Source of the DNA: a bacterium
Lineage (GTDB): Bacteria; CG2-30-53-67
DNA length: 64,000 nucleotides
Direction of reading: 5' to 3'
NCBI GenBank assembly: GCA_919901565.1
Contig: CAKKPE010000138.1
Location: forward strand, 11,936-75,935
Every line of letters starts with the position of its first letter. Position 1 is the first letter of the stretch. The notes beneath the pieces were generated by a model that ran no database searches, was not told the DNA's origin, and was given only the letters and a program-made list of their open reading frames with translations. Both the position numbers and the translations under genes were made by a program. Positions 51,137-60,700 of this stretch are shown here, piece after piece.

Positions 51137-53221
51137 TCATTTTCCCCCCGATCTTGATAAGATTCTTTTTACTTCCTTGCTGTCGGTGAGCGGTTTCTTG
51201 CAGGTGTAATTCCTGCAGATATAGGCCGCGGGCTTGCCTGCCAGCGGGACTTTGCCTGCAAGGAAGGGGATGCCGTCCTCGAGTCCGGTTTGACCTTCCG
51301 GTGCAAATGCCACGACCTTGTTGGGGGCAAAGGGCTCCCGGACCGCCCGGACCATGGATTGCGTGGCCGATTCATCCCGTGTCCCGGTCACGGCGATCTC
51401 CATTGGATCGCTTACAAGGAAGTCCAGCGCGGCAAGACTCTGGGCATAGGCATTCGGCGAATCAGCCATGGAACCCGATATCCGCTGCAGGGTCTTGATC
51501 GCGGCCTCTTTCAATGGTGCTTCACCGGTGAATTCAAAGAGCCTGAGAAGGTTGAGCATGGCCACGGCATTTCCCGAGGGCTTGGCGCCGTCGTGGAACT
51601 CCTTGCTCCGGGCGAGGAGCGCAGGATCTCCATCCCGGGTGAAGAAGAAGCCTCCCTGCTCCGAATCATAGAAGTGCTCCATCATGGCCCGGTTGAGCTC
51701 AAAGGCCCTCCGGATCCATTCCGGGTTGAAGGTGGCCTGGTAGAGTTCAATCAACCCCTGTACGAAAAAGGCGTAATCATCCAGGTACGCCGGGATCCCG
51801 GCTTCTCCGTCCCGGTAGCACCGGAGCAGGCCCTGCTCTGTGAGGAGGCGCCGGACCACAAAGCGGGCGGCCTTTTCTGCAGCCTCGGCGTAACGGCGGT
51901 CATCCAGGACCTGGGCCGCATAGGCCATGGATCCGATCATCATGCCGTTCCAGGCCGTGAGGACCTTGTCGTCCCTGTGGGGCCGGACCCTTTGTGACCG
52001 GGCCTCCATCAGGAGCCTCCGGCCCTGAGAGAGGATTTCATTCAGTTCATTGAGGGGGATGTCCTGTTCCATGGCAAACGCCTCGGGCTCGATCCATTGA
52101 TGCAGGATGCTCCGGCCCCCTTCAAAATTTCCGTCCCTGGTCACACCGTAAAACAGGTTGAAGATTTTTGCGTTACCGGGCCCCAGGATGGATTCAACCT
52201 GTTCCGGCATCCAGACGTAGAAGGCCCCCTCCTCCCCCTCGCTGTCCGCGTCCTCCGCAGAATAGAATCCGCCCTCGGGATCGGTCATATCCCTGAGTAC
52301 ATAATCGAGGATCTCCCGTGCAGTTTCTTTGTATTCGGCCTTGCCCGTGACCTGAAAGGCTTCAACATAGACAAGGGAGAGAACCGCATTGTCATAGAGC
52401 ATCTTCTCGAAATGCGGGACCAGCCACTGTTCGTCCGTGGAATACCGATGGAAGCCGCCGCCGATCTGATCGTAGATCCCTCCCCGGGCCATGGACTCAA
52501 GGGTTTTCTCAACCATGTTCAGGGCCTCAGGCGAGCCGGTCCGGTGGTGATGACGAAGCAGGAAGGAGAGGGCCATCCCCTGTGGGAACTTGGGCGCAGT
52601 CCCGAAGCCGCCGTGCACCGGGTCAAAGTTTCTTGCGATTCCCATGAAGGCCCGGTCCAGCAGTTCCGGCCCGATCTTTGCCTGCGTTTCAGCCGAAGCT
52701 GAGCCTCGGATCACCTAGGTCAGCCGGTCCCCGCTTTTTACGACATCCTGGGGGTTCTCTTTCCAGAGTTTTACGATCTTGGGGAGCAGGGTCGTCATTC
52801 CGGCCCGTCCCCACTTGTCCCGCGGAGGGAAGTAGGTCCCCCCGAAGAAGGGTTTGAGGTCCGGCGTGAGAAAGACGTTCAGGGGCCACCCCCCGCCCCC
52901 GGTCAGGGCCTGCACCGCTGTCATGTAGATCTTATCCAGGTCAGGGCGCTCCTCCCGGTCCACCTTGATGCAGATGAAATCGCGGTTCAGCAGGGCTGCG
53001 ACCTCCTCGTCTTCAAAGGACTCCTCTTCCATCACGTGGCACCAGTGGCACGTGGAATATCCGATGGAGAGGAAGATCAGCCTGTTCTCTTTGCGTGCAC
53101 GATTTAGCGCCCCGGCGCCCCATGGATACCAGTCTACGGGATTGTAGGCATGCTGAAGCAGGTAAGGGCTCTTCTCCCCGATCAGGTGATTGGGCCGTCG
53201 GTGGTTTGGCTGCTTGGTCAT
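51137..53221 (-). pseudogene. DUF255/YyaL thioredoxin-domain protein interrupted by one in-frame TAG
   Basis: The N-terminal part (53221..52718) has the thioredoxin motif CHWCHVM. TAG at 52715..52717 is followed in the same frame by GTG and VIRGSAS...GGFGTAPKFPQGMALSFLL, the continuation of the same family. Confidence 0.6.
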
Positions 53222-53491
53222 GGGGTCTCCTTCTCTTTATTGAACCAGAGACGGCGGTTTCCGTCAATTTGAGAGATTATAAAATTTACGGTACTGTCGT
53301 AAGGAAGTTGAATGGCCATGGAAATCAAGAATAAAAAATCAAACATCAAAATGACAAAGTAAAAATCAAATTTTATATTTTGATTTGTGATTTTGATTTT
53401 TTATATTTGATTTTTGATTCTTAAGGCGTGCAAGAAGTCCTTTGATCTCCAATTTTTGCGTGGTTCAACTTAAACAGGAAAAAGGGAAATG

Positions 53492-55324
53492 TTATGCAGG
53501 TGTGACCGGTATCCTGAACTTAAAGCAGGTCCCTTTGCCGTTCTGCTTTTCCACCCAGATCTTCCCGCCGTGTTTGGCAATGATTTCTCTGGATATCGGG
53601 AGGCCCAGGCCGGTGCCCCCTTTGGCGAATTGAACGTCACTTTCGATCTGCTGGAATTTATCAAAGATCATCTCGTGAAACGCCTCTGGGATCCCTGGTC
53701 CTTGATCGGAGACCGAGATCTCGATCCATTCTGCCGGTTCTGCCGTACCGCCGGCCGGGCCAGGCCCCATGGGTGCTCCGGTCTCTTTGATGCACTCGGC
53801 CTCGATCCTGATCTCACCGCCCGGAGGGGAATAGTTGATGGCGTTCTTGATGAGATTTGAAAAAACCTGCCTCAGACGGTTGGGTTCCGCCAGGATGAGA
53901 GGGATCGTATTTTTTATCGTGGAGCTGATCCGGATATCCTTGATCCTGCATTCCCCCTGATTGATCTGTTCAAATTCCAGGACCATCTCCGAGAGGTTCA
54001 CTTTCTGGAAGCGGTAATGGATCATCCCGCTTTCAAGTTTGGTCAGGTCCAGGTAGTCATTGATCAGGGAGGCCATACGGTCCGCCTCCTTGAGGATGAT
54101 CTCGATGAATTCCCGCTTGGTTTTTTCGTCCTCATCCGGGAAGCGCAGGATCAGGTCCGCATAGGCCTTCACAGAGGTGAGGGGCGTCCGGAGATCATGG
54201 GCCACGGTATCAAGGAAATTTGTCTTTTTCCGGTCCTGTTCCTTTAAAGCCTTGTTGGTCTGTTCCAGCTCTTTGGTTCGTTTTCCCACGGCTTCGGCCA
54301 TGATGTTGAATTTCTGCGAGAGGAGGGCGATCTCATCCTTGCCCCTGGACGTGAGCCGGTATTCATATTCGCCTGATGCGACCCGCTCCGCCCCGCGGCT
54401 TAGATCCTCGATGGGTTTCATGATCCGGTATCCGAGGATCATGGCGATCCAAAACGCGGCCCAGACTATCGCCATCCCGGTCAGGATCATGTTCTGTGAC
54501 ATGGATGAGATGATCGTGTCCAGTCCGAGATAGTTCGGTTCGATCAGGATCGGAAGCCCCAGGTCAGGGATCATGGAGCCGATATTCAGAAGCTGTCCCC
54601 GGTTGTCGATTATCTCCTCAGTGTAAAAAGGATCGTCCCTGTTCACCAACTGTTTTTTATACCATTTGTCCAAATAAGACGGGTACTGATCTGTGCGCTC
54701 TCTTACAGCCGGTTCTTCCAACGTGCCGTAAAGCAGGTTCCCGGACCAGTCCCGGATACAGACACAGGTTTCTTTTAAGGGCCCCCGAAAAACCAGATCG
54801 TCCATGATCTGACGGATCCCCAGGAATATGAACCCTTCTCCTGCAAGGGCCCCTGTTTCATCGTAGAACCTCCTGGATACCCGGAGCAATGAGCGTGTCG
54901 GATCTTTCCTGGGGATGATCCGGAATGCAAGGTTTTTGTCTGACGGGTCCAAATCATTCTCCTCCGGTTCGCTGGCCCAATCGGCTGAGGGATCCCCCGG
55001 GGCAAGGAAGGCGGCGTTCATGATGAATTTTGTCTGTAATATATCGAACATATCTTTTTTTTGTTGAAGTGCATTTGTATCGGGGTTCTTTATGTAAAGG
55101 AGAAAGTCATTAAGAGAGAGATCAGCGAGCTCATCTTTACTATTATTCATGATTTGGGTGAACTGTGTGACAATGAACCTGCTGTACTGCATCGTGGTTT
55201 TTTTCTCGAAGGTACGCATCGGCTCCACTATGGAACTGTATGCGGCCAGGCCGTACAGTAAAGCGGTGAGAATGATCAGGAAGATAAAAGATGTGATGAG
55301 TTTGGCGCGGATCTTCATAGCCAT
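53492..55324 (-). CDS. Sensor histidine kinase (two TM segments, periplasmic domain, HAMP, HisKA, HATPase_c)
   Basis: The H-box reads LDTVAHDLRTPLTSV. The G-boxes read VSDQGPGIP and GTGLGLPISREI. Confidence 0.8.
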   Translation of the reverse strand: MAMKIRAKLITSFIFLIILTALLYGLAAYSSIVEPMRTFEKKTTMQYSRFIVTQFTQIMNNSKDELADLSLNDFLLYIKNPDTNALQQKKDMFDILQTKFIMNAAFLAPGDPSADWASEPEENDLDPSDKNLAFRIIPRKDPTRSLLRVSRRFYDETGALAGEGFIFLGIRQIMDDLVFRGPLKETCVCIRDWSGNLLYGTLEEPAVRERTDQYPSYLDKWYKKQLVNRDDPFYTEEIIDNRGQLLNIGSMIPDLGLPILIEPNYLGLDTIISSMSQNMILTGMAIVWAAFWIAMILGYRIMKPIEDLSRGAERVASGEYEYRLTSRGKDEIALLSQKFNIMAEAVGKRTKELEQTNKALKEQDRKKTNFLDTVAHDLRTPLTSVKAYADLILRFPDEDEKTKREFIEIILKEADRMASLINDYLDLTKLESGMIHYRFQKVNLSEMVLEFEQINQGECRIKDIRISSTIKNTIPLILAEPNRLRQVFSNLIKNAINYSPPGGEIRIEAECIKETGAPMGPGPAGGTAEPAEWIEISVSDQGPGIPEAFHEMIFDKFQQIESDVQFAKGGTGLGLPISREIIAKHGGKIWVEKQNGKGTCFKFRIPVTPA

Positions 55325-55485
55325 GAACCCATGGATGGTTCATGCACTTTCCTGCAGGCCCGCGCAATCAGAAAACCGGGTTGACTCAAGGCGCACTCCT
55401 TCCGGCGGTTTTAAATCCCGGCTCGGCTTTCACTTCTCAGCGTGCTTTTTATTGGCCGTGTTCACACCTGCGAACGGATAGGCCG

Positions 55486-55648
55486 GTCAATAACCCACCG
55501 AAGAGGTGATGACAAAGACCGCTCCCCAGAGGAGAAGAAAGATCCGAAGGGGCGTCACCAGTTGAGAGAGCAGGAAGCTGGCCGCGATGAAACAGCCCCC
55601 CAGAACGGTCCGGATTTCCCGGTCGATTTTTCCCATGTTTTTGACCAT
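55486..55648 (-). CDS. Small DUF2892 (YgaP-like) membrane protein, about 53 aa
   Basis: The translation MVKNMGKIDREIRTVLGGCFIAASFLLSQLVTPLRIFLLLWGAVFVITSSVGY holds if the C/G run near 55617-55622 reads cccgg. It is not in the ORF track because it is shorter than 60 aa. Confidence 0.4.
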
Positions 55649-55788
55649 GATTTTTTCCGCGCCCTACCCCCGATCGGGCCTGTCCTCCGACTTGATCGGG
55701 GGATCGGAGGGCATGCTTGATCGGGCAATCCACCCTTCGACAGGCTCAGGGTGACAATTGTCATGGTGAGCTTGTCGAACCATTTAAA

Positions 55789-56319
55789 TTATGGTTTCAA
55801 AGCCCTTTCAATGGCCCGGGGGCTGAAGCCTCTGAAAATCGTTCCATCGATATCAATGACCGGGATTCCCGTATATCCATTCGACTTCTCAAGCATTTCC
55901 TGGAGCCCTTTTCTATCTTTTTCTACGTTGACTTCGGTGTACTCGATCCCGTTTGTGACGAAGAAACTCTTCGCCTGTCTGCACGCCGGTCACCAGTCGG
56001 CCATATAGAGGATGACCTTGTGCTGCTTTGCCGCCCCTGCCTGCTGATCATCCTCTTTTGGTGTGCTTTGAAGCGACGGCACCTCCCCGGCCTGTTTTCC
56101 TGGGGCGCTCACCGGGGTTGGGTCGAATCGCACACTCCCCTTATGCTCTACCTTATCGAAATCCACGGCTTTTTCTTTAAACATTTCCGGAATTTTTTTA
56201 GGGTCGTCGGTGAAGTGGGTCTGCCCGGAATCATCCACCCATTGATAGATCGCAGTACTCGAAACCGAGGAGAACAGGCAAAAAAACACTGTAATGACAA
56301 CGAGATCACGAAATTTCAT
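55789..56319 (-). CDS. Candidate selenoprotein: DUF4124 domain fused to a glutaredoxin-like fold with U-P-A-C at the redox site (in-frame TGA at 55990..55992)
   Basis: The N-terminus has a signal peptide and AIYQWVDDSGQTHFTDDP (DUF4124). After the UGA the same frame reads PACRQAKSFFVTNGIEYTEVNVEKDRKGLQEMLEKSNGYTGIPVIDIDGTIFRGFSPRAIERALKP, an NrdH/Grx-like fold. A hairpin GGCGAAGaguuuCUUCGUC begins 14 nt after the UGA. Confidence 0.5.
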
Positions 56320-56411
56320 AGTTTCTCCTTTTTTACTGGGAAAAGGAACAGACGATTTTCTGATTTATTATAACCTTGCCGGTGAAACGGAATCAACCGA
56401 AAAAGATGATT

Positions 56412-57437
56412 TCAGACAGGGATCCGGAACCGGTCCAGATCCGGGTCGGCAATCGGCGCTGAAACAGATAAAACCTCTTCTTTTTCATGGAGATAAAGCC
56501 TCACACTCCCCGCTCCCCGGGCATGGGCGTATTTGAGCATGATCCGGGCGATCAGCTCCCTGTCCTTATGCTCCATCCTGCCGAGGGCCGCGCAGCTTGG
56601 ACCATTGAAATCCTCGGGGATAAAGAGCGGGTGTTTCCCTTTCGCGAAGGATTCGATCCGGTTGTTTTCTTCCTCGTCCCTGCCCACGATGATCTTGAGT
56701 TCCGGGCTGAGCCGCAAGTGCCGACCGGTCTTGAGGAGCCGGATCTCCTCCATGTCAAAGGTCTCCTGGTACAGGAACAGGTCCCTGAGCCTTGCCGCGA
56801 AGATGGCATCCGTGAGCAGACAGCCCCCGGCCGGGCAGGGATAGTCCTTGATCGAGAACTCATCCGCGAGCTGTATCTGCACCTTCCTGCTCCGGCCCGA
56901 GATGGAGAGAAGCCTGCTCCGGTCCACGATGCCTTGTTCTTCCGGGAGCGTGGGTTCCATGAACCCGGCGGAGAGCGGCCTTAAAATCCTCTGCTTGAGC
57001 CCTGACTCCCGGTCGATCAGGTTCATGGCGTCCCTCCTCTGAGACATGGGGCGCTGCCCCAGGACCTCCCCGGTGATCAGGAAGGTTGCTCCGATCTCCT
57101 CCATGAATGCCGCGGCCCTCTTGTGCATGAAGATCCGGCAGTCCAGGCAGGGGTTCATATGTTTCCCGTAGCCGAACTTCGGGTTCCTGATCATCTCGAT
57201 ATACTCTTTGTCCACGTAGATCAGCCTGGCCGGGATACCGAATTCCTTGGAGATCCGGGCCGCCTCATTGCCGCAGCCGTTCTTTCGGTTGCAGCAGCAG
57301 AATGGGGTCTTGAAATTGATGGCCGTGACCTCGATCCCCTGCATCAACATGAGTTTCACAGCGAGGGTGCTGTCGAGCCCCCCGGAAAGGAGGGCCACGG
57401 CCTTCTTGTTCATTATAAAGGCATGCTTTCCAGACAT
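56412..57437 (-). CDS. PP-loop ATP pyrophosphatase, ThiI-like (no THUMP domain)
   Basis: The PP-loop ALLSGGLDS and the ThiI-like motif ITGEVLGQRPMSQ are present. Cys pairs occur at NPCLDC and CPAGGC. Confidence 0.55.
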   Translation of the reverse strand: MSGKHAFIMNKKAVALLSGGLDSTLAVKLMLMQGIEVTAINFKTPFCCCNRKNGCGNEAARISKEFGIPARLIYVDKEYIEMIRNPKFGYGKHMNPCLDCRIFMHKRAAAFMEEIGATFLITGEVLGQRPMSQRRDAMNLIDRESGLKQRILRPLSAGFMEPTLPEEQGIVDRSRLLSISGRSRKVQIQLADEFSIKDYPCPAGGCLLTDAIFAARLRDLFLYQETFDMEEIRLLKTGRHLRLSPELKIIVGRDEEENNRIESFAKGKHPLFIPEDFNGPSCAALGRMEHKDRELIARIMLKYAHARGAGSVRLYLHEKEEVLSVSAPIADPDLDRFRIPV

Positions 57438-57740
57438 AAAAACTCCTTTTTCTTCTCATAACCATAAAGAATGGAGGCAGCAAAGTCAAGGATAAGGCTC
57501 GGAATTTATACCGTAACTATAAAAGATTAATTTTTTTGTTGACTTATTTTGAGAAAAGTAATAAGACTTCTTAAGTCACATCTATTCAGCATTATTTCTA
57601 GATATTTCATCTCTAAAATTGCAGCCGCTTTTCCAAAAAAGAAGTTCTGTAAAAAATACCGGGATCAGTCCGCCTTTTCTTAAAGAGGATGGATTGAAGA
57701 AATTTTTAACAATATTAAACGTCCTACGAGGAGACGGGAA

Positions 57741-60700
57741 ATGAAGAAAAGACACACTTTGCTTGGTTTGAAAATATTCGTAGTTTACTTGCTGGTTCTC
57801 CTGAACACTGCAATGCCTTCCTGGGCTCTCGACTCGGATGGAGATGGCATTGATGATGGCCTGGACAACTGTCCCAATACCTATAATCCCTCTCAGATAG
57901 ATCTGGATAGTGATGGGATGGGTGATGCATGTGATGACTATACAGACTCTCTCGATCAGTCCGTTTGGATGACTTTCCTTTCATCCGCCACAGCTCCGGA
58001 AAGTTCAATCTCTCCACAGGATATAACTTCCAGGATGAAGGACAGTTTGCTGTTTAATGAAGAATTTATCGTGCAGAAAAATAAGGGGAAATATTATACC
58101 TTGAGTTTTCGCTCCGACCTCGAAGCAAGCGGTCTTTCATCTCTTTATTTGAGTATCTATGTGAATATATACGGAGGGCCGACACAAACGGCGCACCTAT
58201 ATGCCTATAATGCCGACGGTGATTTAGTGAATACGTCCTTGGCATTGCAGTACACGCTTAACCAGGGGTGGAATGATCTGGATGTTGGCCCGTTTCTTCC
58301 GTTAATGCAAGGATTCGGGTTTGTGAAGTTCAGGGTCTACGCCACAGTCAGCAACGCTTTCGCGGTTTCCGAGGCGTACTTTACCGGAGACCTGCTTGTG
58401 CGAGAAGAACCAAACCAGGCCCCTGTGGCCGCCGCAAACGGTCCTTATAGCGGAATTTCCGGCGTTCCCATTTCATTTCGTAGTAACGGCTCGAATGACC
58501 CTGATGCGAATGCCATCACATTTCTTTGGGATTTTGGAGATGGTTCGACATCCACGGAAGCCAATCCGACATATACCTACACCTCAGCCGATACCAACAC
58601 CGTCACCCTTACAGTAACGGACTCGAAAGGGCTGTCAGATACCGACACGACCACCGCCACCATATTCAACAGCTCCTTCGAAACCATAAAACCCACCGAT
58701 GCATTCAACTCCGAAGGCTGGACAAACTCGTATAACGGCTATGACGCGGATATGAATTCTTACAGCTATGTAAAATCTCCCGCTGCAGTACCATCCATAT
58801 CCTTCGGCGGATCTGCCTCCGGTGAATCAACAAACGCATGGCAGAGCAAGCTTAACTATTGGAATGCAGCATGGCTATCCATTACTTTCGAGGCGTCGTC
58901 CGCAGCCAAGAAGGATGACTTGATCGAGATTGTAATCACAGACCGGAACGGAAATATAAAACATACAATGGTTGCCCCAACGCCGCAAGTCTGGCCCAGA
59001 CAAGAACTTGTTAAGAAACTGAATATGTCGGACTGGGGGGATGGGTTCAGTAGCATCGCTAATCTGCGGGTGCGAATCAATGGGTACAGAAAAAAAGGGG
59101 CGGACGGTGCGCAACCCAGGGTTTACGACGTTCATATCGATGGAGACGCTGCACCGGATACGAAGACCTATACGAGAGGCGTGTACAATGTGCTCCCATT
59201 AGACTCAACTGATTTATCAGTTGATTTTTCGCCCGCAGAAATCACGAATGTGGATTCCGATGATGATAAGAGGGTATCCCTATTTGCGCCATCCAATCAA
59301 TACCCAATGCACCTCTTCAAGCAAAAGGCCCCCTCCCACAATGTATCAATTATGTGGAACGGTCAGATCAGTCAGGGAGGAGTTGAGGCTTATGCACAAT
59401 CGTTTACGCCTAATCACTCGGGTGACCTCACTGCAATAAGAATATTTTTTGAAAAAACAGGGCAGCCCGGCGGGTTGTTGAGAGTCCGAGTGAAATCTGA
59501 ATTGGGCGGCGTCATTCTTGCCGAGAGCAATCCTGTAGCAGAAGCTACTCTTGATATAACTGGAAGTTGGAAGGCATTCACTTTTGCTGATCCTGCACCA
59601 TTGGTGGCGGGAAACACATATTATATAGAGATATGGCGGGATCAGGCAGACTTTATCAATTTTCCTGAATTAGTGATAAGGAGTTGTTCAGACATCCAGG
59701 CTTCTGCATGGCCGCGTAGTAATGGAGATTGGCCAGACATTACTACGTCCTCTCCCGACCCCATTTTGTTTGAGGTTGATTTAAATAATACTTTAGAGGT
59801 TAGTACCCTTGGGTGTATTATACCTATCACACCCGAGAGATCCATTTATGGCCTTGATTGGAGGAACATCTACCTGGAAGCTTATAACCGAACCACCTCT
59901 TCCTGGGTTCAGTTGGATACGGCCTTGTATGATGGTTCAACGACCGATGTTGACCTTTCCGGAACGGTGATTTTAGATGATTATTTCGATACGAACAACT
60001 GGATTGCTGTCAGGGTTTATTCGGATACCAACCCGCAGAGGGGATATAGCTTGGGCACGGACATGATAGGGATTGCTTCAGTAAGTGGAGAGATTAAAGT
60101 CGATCCTTTATTTTTGGATTTTGGATATCAGCAGACGGGTAGCGTGTCATCTTTGAACCTTGCAATATCCAATCTCGGCATGCTGGATTTGATGATCGGG
60201 ACAATTTTCTCTCCTTCAGCACCGTTCTCGGTTTCCTCTGATGGCTGCTCAGGCCAGACACTCGCTCCCTTGGCATCTTGCACTGTCACGGTAGCATTTA
60301 ATCCAACGTCTGAGCAGGCATTTTCAGATACCATGATCATCACTTCCAATGATCCCAATCATCCGAACATCACGGTGAATCTTAATGGGGTCGGAATCGT
60401 TCCATTGGCTTCTTTGACAGGAATGGTCACGGACTTATTGTCCGGCTTGCCATTGTCAAACGTTATGGTCGACGTGACCGATTCGCTGACCATGCATTCA
60501 GCAACCACCGATTCCAACGGCACCTACACCATGACCGGCTTGGCCGAAGGTAGTTTCACAGCAACTTTTTCAAGGTCCGGTTATGTGCCGCAGACAGCAA
60601 CCGGCACATTGACCGCGGGGGATACACAAACGTTTGATGTGCAGCTGAGCCCTGTCCAGGCCCTCAGCATTTCCATCACATCTCCGGCGGACGGCTCGGT

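Noticed and set aside
52715-52717. Pyrrolysine decoding of the in-frame TAG
   Set aside because: Kept only as a remote possibility. No pyl genes are visible in the window, and a nonsense mutation or a read error is far more likely.
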